Shown one piece after another: positions 32,562 to 41,994 of a stretch of 64,000 nt of DNA. The DNA comes from Porphyridium purpureum (Eukaryota). The number at the start of each line of letters is the position of its first letter. Positions within the stretch are counted from its first letter, which is position 1. Both the position numbers and the translations under genes were made by a program. Location of the stretch: the NCBI GenBank assembly GCA_008690995.1, contig VRMN01000004.1:1116001-1180000 (forward strand). The letters run 5' to 3'. The notes below the pieces were generated by a model. It saw nothing but the letters and a program-made list of their open reading frames with translations. It did no database searches and was not told the DNA's origin.

Positions 32562-33274
32562 GGCTGCGCCTGCGCTCGCGCGCGGTGCGGCTTGGGGCAG
32601 TCTCGCGCAAAGTGCCCGCGTTCCTCGCAGTTGTAACAGGTTACCTCCATAGCCTGCGCCCCGATTTCCATTGGTGCCGAGCTCTCTCCATACGGCACGT
32701 CGAAAGCGCGCGTCGGGCCTGAGCGATGGTGGATCCCAAGACCCTGGGATGATGGCGAACCGCGACGCGCCGCCACGAATGCGTCCTCCGCGCAAAGGGC
32801 AACTCGGCAGGCCTCATCGAGGCTACTTGGATTCTCCTTCATAACTTCGAACGCTATGGCGGGCTTAAGTCCACGCGTGAACTTGTCCAACGCCTCCGCG
32901 GCACCCACGTCCTCACACGCTAGGACCAGGTCCCTGAACTCGGCCGCGTACACCGCTACGCCCCTCGTCTGGCGCCATCCATGCAGCGCATCTCGCGCGC
33001 GACGCTTGTAGTCCGCCGGCAAGAACTGTTCCATAAACACCGTTCGAAACCCGGCCCAATTCTCTGGACGGACCGGCAGGCCACGCAACCACTGCAATGC
33101 AGTATCCGTCAAGTAGCTCATGGCTACGTTGACTCCTTCGCGCTCAGAGCTGGCGAACGGCAGAACCTTCGTCTCCACTTCGAACAACCAGTTCATCACC
33201 ACTCGCTGGTTCCGCTGCCCCGCGAACTGGCTGAGCCGCGCCGGCCTCACAACTGGCCCCGTCTCCTCGTCCAT
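32534..33274 (-). CDS. gag: Gag of outer element (Ty3/gypsy-type capsid plus CCHC knuckle)
   Basis: YLTDTALQWL...KFTRGLKPAI, PMEIG and CYNCEERGHFARDC. Confidence 0.9.
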   Translation of the reverse strand: MDEETGPVVRPARLSQFAGQRNQRVVMNWLFEVETKVLPFASSEREGVNVAMSYLTDTALQWLRGLPVRPENWAGFRTVFMEQFLPADYKRRARDALHGWRQTRGVAVYAAEFRDLVLACEDVGAAEALDKFTRGLKPAIAFEVMKENPSSLDEACRVALCAEDAFVAARRGSPSSQGLGIHHRSGPTRAFDVPYGESSAPMEIGAQAMEVTCYNCEERGHFARDCPKPHRARAQAQPGKGAPRRD

Positions 33275-33317
33275 CCCGACAGGCCCCGCACCAGAGACTA
33301 CCGCTCCTCACCCGCCG

Positions 33318-33334
33318 AACCGGCGATGATACCA
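33318..33334 (-). promoter_or_regulatory. Primer binding site of outer element
   Basis: Minus-strand TGGTATCATCGCCGGTT directly after the LTR; 16/17 identical to the inner PBS. Confidence 0.85.
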
Positions 33335-33636
33335 CGTGGGTTTTCTGTTAACGACCAACGAAGAACCCTTTTACTATTCCCCTTCCCTTACCTTCTCTCT
33401 TTTCTTCTAGGCTTATCCGTCTGCCATCTCTGCGCGACCGCACCCACTATATAGACGCCCGCCGGGTCCTTGTTGATGCAATCTGACCACATCGAGTCAC
33501 GTCACATCGGCATCCGGCGGGACGCTAGTCGAGTCACATCGCATTACACCCGCTGAATCCCCGTCACGACGTCCCGGTACGTTCGCACTCGCCCTTCCGC
33601 ACGCCCATCGACGAGTGGGACGGGCAACTTTCCACG
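33335..33636 (-). repeat. 5' LTR of outer element
   Basis: Direct repeat of 22759-23060. Confidence 0.95.
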
Positions 33637-33834
33637 GAAGGGGTAGCAAGGGTGGTGGTGGAGTAGATAGTCGCTGGAGACGGACGTGATATCTATCGGT
33701 CGCGAGCGACTGGTAGATCCCGCGTGTGGATTACATACGTGGATGTAGAGAGATGGAGTGCGTTGGGTGCGAGGCGGAACGATAGGAGGGAGGAACAGTC
33801 GCCTGAGAAGAGTGCATGCGAAGTCTTTCGAAGG

Positions 33835-36800
33835 TTACCAGAAACGCGTCTCGCGAATGCGCGTGAGACTGGCTTGCGCGTCCACCGCGACCGTCACACC
33901 GGTCAGCGTTGGCTTGTTCAGAAATGTCACGTACGCAAAGAAGAAGCTGTTGAAGCGCAAAAAGTCGTCCGACTGGAACACGCGGATGTGCTCCGCCACC
34001 GTGCTGCGGCCGCTCAGAATGGGCGCCATGAGCTCCTTGCGACGCGCCAGGAAGCGCTCGCGGAACTTCTCGCGGCTCATCTCCAGCTCAGCGAGCGCGA
34101 GCTCCAACTCTATGACGCTGTCTGAAATCGCGTCGTCAAAGTCCCAGCCGAGCGCCAGCCGCCGGAAGAAGACAGGCGCAGACGAATACACCAAAGTATT
34201 CAGCACGGACTCAGTGGCAAGTAGCACTTTCTCCGCTACCATCATGCAGAGCTCCTGCTCACTTTCCATGTGCTGCCAGTAAGCCACATAGTCGCTGCCC
34301 TGGTACTGACCTGTGACGACCGGGCTGCGCAGCAAACACGTTCGCATTCCCTGCAGGCTTACAAACATCTGGTAAGCCGCAATAGAAACACGCAGCAACG
34401 AACTCGAAATCGCGCTCAGATCCTTCTGCATGGTGGTCTGGCTGTCGTCCAGCATTTTTTGGATGTCTGACAAGTTAGGCATGCTGCTCATGTCCACAAA
34501 GCCAGCGCTTGTCTGTAGTCTGCTTTCCCCCACACCGCTTGCTGTCCTGACCGCCGCCTCCTGTGCCGCGCCACGGATGAGACGGTACCCGGCAAGCGCC
34601 CACTTCAAGGATGCCAAGGACGCGCATACGATGTCCTGTCGCACTGTATCTGTCGCAAAGCGAGGCCAGGCGACGCTGTTCACGCCGAGCGCGAACAAAA
34701 TTCCGATCACATTGAGCACGGTGCGCTGCAGCGCAAATGAAAATGTACCGGCCGACAAGCCGTCAAACTGACAGAATACCACGATCACGTATGTCAGTAG
34801 AAATAGCATGTACCCATACTGCTTAGAAGGCGCCACCACGTAGAAGCAATACCCACACACGCCCGAGATCCAGAAGCTCAAAAGACCCACAAGTAGCGCA
34901 GACGTGGCAACAGTGTGATTGAGCATCACTAAATACGCCGCGACACCGCCGAGAACAGTTCCTGCCAAACGCAGCACGCTCAGCGACCATGATGCATCCA
35001 CCTCAGGTAAAAAGACAATGGCAACTGCCGTCTGCATCCAATTCAGGTTATAACTTTGGAAAGCCTCCAGGGGTTGCAGCCAAAAACACAACACCCACGC
35101 AACCCACAGCGCGACCCACAGCTTTATGCCATACTTCAGGTCATCCAATGTCTGCGCACGCGACATGTCCGACTGGGCTCCGGCTCGAAACTTCTTCACC
35201 GCTTTGTACACTGTAACCAGGTATTCCCACATTGTCGCACGGCGAAAGAAACGCCGCCACGCTTGCTGCACCAGAGTAGCTCGCGTAGCAAGCCATCGAA
35301 ACAACAGTCCACAATCAAGGTGGAAAGTGTTGTGCGAAAAGTTTGCACTGTGGGTTTGCTCTCGTTCGCGATTCCTTACGCCTGTCGAACGCTGGTGACT
35401 TGGAGGAGACGTCTGTCTTCGAACGATCACGTACATTTCTTGCTCGATACCGAACGCGTCTACGGCAGCATCGAGCCGCTCCAAATCCGAATAAATCGAG
35501 TGGATCATGACCAAGAGATAATGGAGTACGCGCATCTCGCCGGCGCGCGAAGCGTACAGATTGGATTGAGCACCATACAGTGTCTCAAAGTACATAAAGA
35601 GGGAGCGGCGCAAGTATGCAACAGCATGCTGCCGCTGCTTCGGAAGTCTTGGGAAGGCTTCATGTGTGGCTCCCAGGACACCATCCGGTGCCGCTCCTGG
35701 ATGCTGATCGGGCGGCAATAGTGTCTCAAGGACTTCAAAAACCTCAAAATCTTCGTCTTCAATACGCTTGGAAAAGCGGCACGTACGCGGAGGCTGTCCA
35801 GGACGTACTTCTACTAGCGGAAGCTTCAATGCCATGAGCGGAAGCATTCGCCGACATCGCTCCAAATGTGCCACAAGCAACGCACAGAACTCGCGGTGTA
35901 GGTCACGCGCTTCAGGCGTCAGGAGCTGACACAACGTCTTTCGGCTGTACCGGCGCCCGTTCGCTCCGTCAATGCATAGCTGTAAACATTGCATCGTGTA
36001 AAGCAGGCTGTGCAGAATGTTGATGACATTTTGCCACAGCTCAGGTGCTCCCTTTGTGTACGCCGCTGGTTCCCACGCCAGTGAGCTGCAAAATGTCTCG
36101 GAATCTAGAAGACACGCACGACCATCGCTGTCGCGCGCTAAAGTCACGGGCTGCATGCCAAGCCACTTGGCGCGCCGTTGCGGAATTGCACCAATCCAGC
36201 CGCCGTCTACCTCATCTTCTTCATCAGAAAGATCTTCCTTGTCATGTCCGTTGGGATCATTGCCACCATGCTGTCTGTACACACTGTTGCTGGTCCGCGC
36301 GAGGTCCTTTTTGGAGCGATCAATCGCAGTATCCATGGACGAGCGTCTTTGGTGCAGAATGCCACCAGAAAGAAGCTGCTCGGTGGGGTGCATGAGCGAA
36401 TCCTCACCGTGCAACAGTTCTTTGGATGTGGAGCTCACGATCCCACCACCACCGCCGCCGCCAAGAGATGACGTGTTGCGCGATTCCAAAAACTCTTGAG
36501 CTCCGCCAAACGTTGGCGCCAGCTGCCAATGTGGTTTGCGGTTGCTCTTGTTCTTCTCTCGTGCGGTCACGCCCGGATTATCACCGATCGACCGCGGCTC
36601 CGATAGACTGGGACTTGCACTCGGGATGAACATGTCCGTCCCACCATGAATCGACGCGGACTTGGCTTCTGTGTCTTCTCGACCGTGTTGGCCATCTTCG
36701 TGGATCTTCGATGGCCCTTCTTCTGACTCATCAAGCAGTGTTGAAAGCAAAGTTCCCATTTTCGAGTCCAGGCTTCGCAACATAAATCGGTCGATATTTC

Positions 36801-37482
36801 GCACCAACGCCTCTGAGCTGAGAAGTGGAAACAAGAACATGGACACGCTGACGATGACAGCGGCGGCCCACAGACCAGACAGCATGCGCCATGCGGCGAC
36901 TTTCCAGGCCTCGGTCACAACGTCACGAGTTGAGTCCCATGAAATAATATATGAGCCGCTGGTGGCATCAGTCCCGGCGCCAAATAATGAGCGCACGCGC
37001 ACATCGGTGGTCAAGACCATTCCGGGCAACAAGAAGGACATGAGCGTGCCAAACGTTCGTGTGACATCGGCAACGTCACTCCACGCGCGCAGAACAGTGA
37101 CGGGAATCAGGCTAAGGAGCATACCCACGCTCATCGCAATCATGTAAGCCAAGCCAGAGAAGCCAAAGATGCCAGCGACAATGGAGTAAAGGATGGCGCC
37201 CAACGCATCGCTTGCAATACTGCCGGCCACAATCACCGCCGCACCGCTCATGCGCCCGCCGAGCGTAGCATTTGGTGCAAAGCGCGTCGAGCCGAGCAGC
37301 GTGAACAGTGGTGCCCAGCATGCGCCAATCCATCCGTCAAGATTGTCTCGGCAACACCTGCTCCCGCCCAGCAGCACAGGAAGTGCCCCGAGAACGCCAA
37401 CCATCACCCCGACCTGCAGTGCTAGCTTGACATATTCCGTGCGCGCAACTACACGCCGCCACACGTCTCGAGCAAGCCTCAT
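33835..37482 (-). CDS. ALMT/FUSC-like (aromatic acid exporter superfamily) membrane protein
   Basis: Two multi-TM blocks; the second has W...AVAIVFLP..LRLAGTVLGG..YGYMLFLLTY..R..LNVIG..WP. Confidence 0.75.
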   Translation of the reverse strand: MRLARDVWRRVVARTEYVKLALQVGVMVGVLGALPVLLGGSRCCRDNLDGWIGACWAPLFTLLGSTRFAPNATLGGRMSGAAVIVAGSIASDALGAILYSIVAGIFGFSGLAYMIAMSVGMLLSLIPVTVLRAWSDVADVTRTFGTLMSFLLPGMVLTTDVRVRSLFGAGTDATSGSYIISWDSTRDVVTEAWKVAAWRMLSGLWAAAVIVSVSMFLFPLLSSEALVRNIDRFMLRSLDSKMGTLLSTLLDESEEGPSKIHEDGQHGREDTEAKSASIHGGTDMFIPSASPSLSEPRSIGDNPGVTAREKNKSNRKPHWQLAPTFGGAQEFLESRNTSSLGGGGGGGIVSSTSKELLHGEDSLMHPTEQLLSGGILHQRRSSMDTAIDRSKKDLARTSNSVYRQHGGNDPNGHDKEDLSDEEDEVDGGWIGAIPQRRAKWLGMQPVTLARDSDGRACLLDSETFCSSLAWEPAAYTKGAPELWQNVINILHSLLYTMQCLQLCIDGANGRRYSRKTLCQLLTPEARDLHREFCALLVAHLERCRRMLPLMALKLPLVEVRPGQPPRTCRFSKRIEDEDFEVFEVLETLLPPDQHPGAAPDGVLGATHEAFPRLPKQRQHAVAYLRRSLFMYFETLYGAQSNLYASRAGEMRVLHYLLVMIHSIYSDLERLDAAVDAFGIEQEMYVIVRRQTSPPSHQRSTGVRNREREQTHSANFSHNTFHLDCGLLFRWLATRATLVQQAWRRFFRRATMWEYLVTVYKAVKKFRAGAQSDMSRAQTLDDLKYGIKLWVALWVAWVLCFWLQPLEAFQSYNLNWMQTAVAIVFLPEVDASWSLSVLRLAGTVLGGVAAYLVMLNHTVATSALLVGLLSFWISGVCGYCFYVVAPSKQYGYMLFLLTYVIVVFCQFDGLSAGTFSFALQRTVLNVIGILFALGVNSVAWPRFATDTVRQDIVCASLASLKWALAGYRLIRGAAQEAAVRTASGVGESRLQTSAGFVDMSSMPNLSDIQKMLDDSQTTMQKDLSAISSSLLRVSIAAYQMFVSLQGMRTCLLRSPVVTGQYQGSDYVAYWQHMESEQELCMMVAEKVLLATESVLNTLVYSSAPVFFRRLALGWDFDDAISDSVIELELALAELEMSREKFRERFLARRKELMAPILSGRSTVAEHIRVFQSDDFLRFNSFFFAYVTFLNKPTLTGVTVAVDAQASLTRIRETRFW

Positions 37483-37663
37483 GTCTGCATCATTAACGTG
37501 CAGTCACGCTTCACTCATCCCCTCCTCATCAAGTGGTTATGTCCCAGTGAGGTGCGCAATTCCAGTTTCCAGTGAGCGAACGGAAAGATTTGAAGACTCG
37601 AATAAACATCAGCAACGATGCTCGCGCGTTTAGTTTCTCCCAAAGCGCACGTGACGACCGTGT

Positions 37664-39412
37664 CTACACAGCCGTGGACAACAGCTCGGGAAACAGATTC
37701 CCGAGGAAGGGCGTAAGGGTGTACTTGGTAGTAAAGTTGAACAGGATGCCAAAGCAGATGCTGATGGGCAGCGCCGGCAGCGGCTTGCGGAACATGACGA
37801 GCAAGAACAAGGTGAGGCAGAGTCCCGCAAGAATGGCAACGAAAGATGCGATGGTGGTCATAACACCAGCTTCAGAGTCGCGCGAGGCTGTCGCAACCAG
37901 CAGACTGTAAAACACAAAGTCACCGAGCCCTAGCTTCAAGTGCGCGCCCAAGAACCCGATTTGCTCGCCATTCACCGCCGCCGCGGGTGTCTTTGCTATC
38001 TCTGGCTTCTCCTCCCATCGTTGGCGTGGACTGGCCGCCACGGGGCTCTGGACGCCAGATGCTGTGTTCGTGAGGTCGGTCGTACTTGTCATCGTCGTTG
38101 CCGTCGGGCTCATTACGTCTCCGGTCGGTGCGCTGGCTGACTGACTGGCGGCCTGCGGAACCGTCTCATCCGCCATCTCATGCGTCACAGGCGGCTCTGC
38201 GCTGGGTGAAATGTCAATATTACCCACCTCGACGCACATACCCACCGCCCCGGCCGCAGACACGCCCGAGTCCGCCGCAGCATCCCCAGCGGCTTCATCG
38301 CCAGAATCCTCGTTCGTGGGCCGCTTTTTCTTGCGGAACTGGATTACCGACAGCATTGACTTTGCCTCATGATCGCGACCTACATCCTCTGGATTGGTAT
38401 CATACACGAGCGCCGGAATCGGGTCCCCTCTTTCCTTAGCGGCCTTAATAAGCATTTGCAGCGGTCCGCACGGCGTCAGAACCGCAATCAAGTCCCAAAC
38501 AACCAAAATGCCCAGAAGAACCCACGATGCCCACACCTCCCAGGTCGTGAATACCCACGCAAGAAGTCCGGACAGCACAATCAGAAATGCCTGCTGGATG
38601 ATGCGTGTTGATTTCCAGAAAATGGCGCACATGCCGCCCAAAGCAAAGTTCCACGCAAGCAGAGCAAGCGTGATCCAATCTATAGGATAGCATATGGAAC
38701 GGGCCCACTCGTACAAGTACAGCCCTCCTTCGTACCCAAGTACAATAATCACGGCAATGACAAGCCATAGGAACAGAATCCACTCGCAGTGATACTTGTA
38801 CAAGAGCACGAGCACAAACGTCATCACCACGATGGCCGCCGCAAAGCTGGATAATAAAATGATCGAAACAAGCCTGGTCGTGTCCTCTGGATCCTGTGGT
38901 GGAGAGGGGACCGGCGGGAAGACATCCGAGCTGATGAATTGGTCGAGGTCTGGTGGCGTGTACGACCTAGCGGGCAGGCTCTCCTCACGTCGGCAATCGC
39001 CGGAGCCCTGGCTATGCACAAGATAGATGGAAAGGCCCATGCACAGGACCACGGGCGCCACCACACGCACCAATGCCACTGAAATCTGCTTGTGCAGTGC
39101 CTTGGTCCGCATGCGCTGCTCGCGTGCCACTTGCTCCGGCGTTTTCGCGGCACGTGCCTCGAGGTGTCGCTGCATTGCCGCGGGCAATCTCGCATTCGAC
39201 GGCAGCCCGCGCGCCGCCTGCGGCAGCTTCTTATCCTCGTTCTCATTTCTACGTTCGGCGCTCACACCATCTTGCTGAACTCCCGCACTTCCCGCACTCC
39301 CAGCGGGCGGATTCAACTCCGTACCTTCCGTGGGTACAGGCACGGTCGCGGCGCCTTCTTCTCCTGCGGGCGGTTCGCGCGCTTCGTGCGCTTCCCCATC
39401 CCTCCCGTCCAT
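37664..39412 (-). CDS. PSEN: Presenilin (gamma-secretase catalytic subunit)
   Basis: WDLIAVLTPCGPL, PALVY, KLGLGDFVFYS and PLPALPISI. Confidence 0.95.
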   Translation of the reverse strand: MDGRDGEAHEAREPPAGEEGAATVPVPTEGTELNPPAGSAGSAGVQQDGVSAERRNENEDKKLPQAARGLPSNARLPAAMQRHLEARAAKTPEQVAREQRMRTKALHKQISVALVRVVAPVVLCMGLSIYLVHSQGSGDCRREESLPARSYTPPDLDQFISSDVFPPVPSPPQDPEDTTRLVSIILLSSFAAAIVVMTFVLVLLYKYHCEWILFLWLVIAVIIVLGYEGGLYLYEWARSICYPIDWITLALLAWNFALGGMCAIFWKSTRIIQQAFLIVLSGLLAWVFTTWEVWASWVLLGILVVWDLIAVLTPCGPLQMLIKAAKERGDPIPALVYDTNPEDVGRDHEAKSMLSVIQFRKKKRPTNEDSGDEAAGDAAADSGVSAAGAVGMCVEVGNIDISPSAEPPVTHEMADETVPQAASQSASAPTGDVMSPTATTMTSTTDLTNTASGVQSPVAASPRQRWEEKPEIAKTPAAAVNGEQIGFLGAHLKLGLGDFVFYSLLVATASRDSEAGVMTTIASFVAILAGLCLTLFLLVMFRKPLPALPISICFGILFNFTTKYTLTPFLGNLFPELLSTAV

Positions 39413-39550
39413 GACGACCGTGCGTTCTCTTCAACGCCCTCTTTCGGTCCTTGCAGCTCTTTACGTTCCACAGACTTTCACCCCAGTTTTCACGGACACG
39501 TGTCCAGAAGGGAAAGATCGGGGAGACAGCACAGGCATTCAGGACGAAAG

Positions 39551-40192
39551 ATGGCATTTGTTAGCGGGCAAGTTTGGTTCTCTAGGACCGGAACTGGGTC
39601 TGCGCCGTTGCGCTGCTTGCAGGCGCCGCAGCCGCTGGTGTGCAACGCAGCACATGAGGACGGTGCCGAGAGCGCGAAGCTCTCGCGCGCCGATTTTGTG
39701 CGCCTGGTTGGTACGTTTACAGCAGGAGTTGCAGTGAGTGGGATCCAGGGCCACTCCTTCCGCGCAGCACGCGCAGTGGAAACAAATGCGGTGGCGGTTC
39801 CGGATATGCCTAGTAAGTCGCTCGAAGTTGAACAGTTCGAGGAAGGCACCGGCGCGCAAGTCGTGGCCCCAGGCTCACTGGTGTCGTGCCAGTACGTGAT
39901 TCGCAGGCGAAATGGGTACTTTGTTGATCAGAACGATGGCGCGGATGGTGCCGACTTTCTGTTTCGCGTCGGCGCAAATCAGGCAGTTCAAGGTCTGGAG
40001 CTCGCACTCATGGGACGCAAGAGGGGCGCGAGGGTGCGATTTGTACTGCCACCAGAGCTCGGCTACGTCCAAGGCGTGAAGGAGAAAGGGGCCCCTGGTC
40101 CAATCCCGAAACGATGGGATCATCGACAGAACCTCTGGAAGCACCACCTTGAACCGCTTGTTTTCGAAGTTCGCGTGACACGCGTTAGCTAG
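39551..40192 (+). CDS. FKBP-type peptidyl-prolyl isomerase, probably thylakoid lumen
   Basis: Bipartite MAFV... transit peptide with hydrophobic stretch and ARA; FKBP core FRVG...GLELAL...PPELGY...LVFEV. Confidence 0.85.
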   Translation: MAFVSGQVWFSRTGTGSAPLRCLQAPQPLVCNAAHEDGAESAKLSRADFVRLVGTFTAGVAVSGIQGHSFRAARAVETNAVAVPDMPSKSLEVEQFEEGTGAQVVAPGSLVSCQYVIRRRNGYFVDQNDGADGADFLFRVGANQAVQGLELALMGRKRGARVRFVLPPELGYVQGVKEKGAPGPIPKRWDHRQNLWKHHLEPLVFEVRVTRVS

Positions 40193-40316
40193 CACAGTTT
40201 GGACAAGTAGAATTGATAGAGCAGTAGCACGTTTTGCTTGTGGTATTTCATTTTGGCTGAAAGCGGTGTTTACTTTTTTACTCTACAGGAAGCGGCGTGC
40301 CTTCACCAATTCATGG

Positions 40317-41132
40317 CTAGCGCGGAATGATGATCTGGCAAGTCATAAACACGATCCTCATCCATTGGCTCCTGATAGAGGCCTGTGCGCGGCTCATTTG
40401 CGCTGCGCGCGGGTCTGGAGACGCAGTGTCCGGACTCCCCGTGGACGTTGAAGTCGATGACGCGTTCAGGCTCTGCTCGAGTTTCATGCCATCCAGGGTG
40501 AAGCCGCGCTTGTATTGGTCAACGACAAAACGCACGAGCTGGTCGAGCTTCTGTGGGTCTGCCGGCGGTGGGAGCGGCGGCGTTGGCGGCGTGTGACGAA
40601 GGTAGCTTAGCGTCAGGTACACGAGCTGAAGCCAGTACTCGCGGGTCTTCTTGTCCGAGTCGCTTAAACTGGCGTTTGCAATCTGATCGTCCGACAGACC
40701 GAGCTTGCGCGCGTTTTGTGTAAAAGAGCTGTTGATCTGAAGCTCTAGCAGCACCGCGCTCAGCGTGTAACCACGCTCATATGCCGCGATTGTCGCAAGG
40801 ATGAATGCCTTCAGCGCATTCAAGTAATCCTCCCCAACACCCTTGGTGCCCAATGCGACCCACACACCCACGTAACTCAGCTCCAACGCCTGCACGAGCC
40901 TCTCGTCGTCCGGCTTGCTGTTCTCATCCCGCCTTTCCTTATCCTTTTTCGAGCCCTCACCACCCCCACCATCATTTCCCACCATTCTCACGCCAACTTT
41001 CCGGCACTTCGAGCTTCGCGCCACGGTCCGGGTCCGACCCGCCTTGTCCAATTTCTCTCCGCCTCCATATCCACGCGCGCGCACTGAGGCGCCCGAAATC
41101 ACAGGCCAACCGGATACACTCACAAACGCCAT
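40317..41132 (-). CDS. Plastid-targeted hypothetical protein with internal duplication
   Basis: MAFVS transit peptide; two similar modules (YERGYTL..WLQLVYLT and YKRGFTL..WMRIVFMT). Confidence 0.75.
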   Translation of the reverse strand: MAFVSVSGWPVISGASVRARGYGGGEKLDKAGRTRTVARSSKCRKVGVRMVGNDGGGGEGSKKDKERRDENSKPDDERLVQALELSYVGVWVALGTKGVGEDYLNALKAFILATIAAYERGYTLSAVLLELQINSSFTQNARKLGLSDDQIANASLSDSDKKTREYWLQLVYLTLSYLRHTPPTPPLPPPADPQKLDQLVRFVVDQYKRGFTLDGMKLEQSLNASSTSTSTGSPDTASPDPRAAQMSRAQASIRSQWMRIVFMTCQIIIPR

Positions 41133-41271
41133 GCCTTCTTGACCTCCGCTCTCCACCACCTCTTCGCTCTCCCCATTCCTTCCCCCCTCTCCCTCTCTCC
41201 CCCCCTTCCAATGCCCGACTTTAAATCTGCGGCATCTTCCAACATGAGCTTATTAAAACAGCGCCATTTAC

Positions 41272-41955
41272 TTATGAAGATTGCGCGCAAGGTTGGGGTG
41301 TTGACACCGTGTACGCGAGTTGTTGTAAATGAGCGTCCCACGAGACAATTCCCTTGCGCAACATGTAGAGGAACCACGGCGTGAATACGTCCGGGCAGTC
41401 TGAGAGTTGCGAGTGGAGCTCCTCAATTGGGATCCATTTGATAGACTCCACCTCCACCGCGTCGTGCCGCGGCTCGTTATCAAGCCGCAGTAAGGTACCA
41501 AAGCAGCAAACAAACTCGTTGTCGATCATGTCGACTTCCGGGTAGCGGAGACTGTGGGCGTGCACCGGTTCGAGAACGTGCAGGCTCGTCTCGCTTATGT
41601 TCAGCCCGAGTTCTTCGTGTACCCCACGCACGGCGGCTTGTAAGTACTGCTCATCGCAGCTCAGGTGTTCCGCACAGCTCAGATCCCACTTCAACGGCGC
41701 AAGCGACTTATCGGCCGAGCGCTGTTGAAGGAGAAGTTGTACTTGGTCGTCTTCACCACGGCCGTGCCCCGGTGCCTGTACCTTAACCACGCGCGCGATC
41801 AGTATGTGAACGGCGCGGTGCCAGAGCCCGAGGGTGTGCACGCGGCGGCGCGTGTCCACACCGATCTTCACATTGTCCGTGTCCACAACATCCAACATCT
41901 CGGCATGATTATCAGCCGTACGCGGCTCTTCGTGAGCTTTCATCTGTGAAGCCAT
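41272..41955 (-). CDS. Nudix hydrolase, IPP-isomerase-like
   Basis: GLWHRAVHI, LLQQRS..K..P..WDLSCAEH, AAVRGVHEELG, DNEF and FTPW. Confidence 0.85.
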   Translation of the reverse strand: MASQMKAHEEPRTADNHAEMLDVVDTDNVKIGVDTRRRVHTLGLWHRAVHILIARVVKVQAPGHGRGEDDQVQLLLQQRSADKSLAPLKWDLSCAEHLSCDEQYLQAAVRGVHEELGLNISETSLHVLEPVHAHSLRYPEVDMIDNEFVCCFGTLLRLDNEPRHDAVEVESIKWIPIEELHSQLSDCPDVFTPWFLYMLRKGIVSWDAHLQQLAYTVSTPQPCAQSS

Positions 41956-41994
41956 ACGTAGCGCGCCTCTACAATGATTGACACGTTCCCTCGC

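Larger units (their letters stand above)
22759..33636 (-). mobile_element. Outer LTR retrotransposon (copia-order pol with gypsy-like gag/protease), interrupted by a nested gypsy element
   Basis: 302-bp LTRs at 22759-23060 and 33335-33636 with one mismatch (22779 vs 33355); TSD GAAGG at 22754-22758 and 33637-33641; PBS next to the 5' LTR; order gag-PR-INT-RT-RH. Confidence 0.95.

Noticed and set aside
39092..39550. Extended N-terminus of the FKBP ORF
   Set aside because: Antisense to presenilin; the typical MAFV transit peptide starts at 39551.
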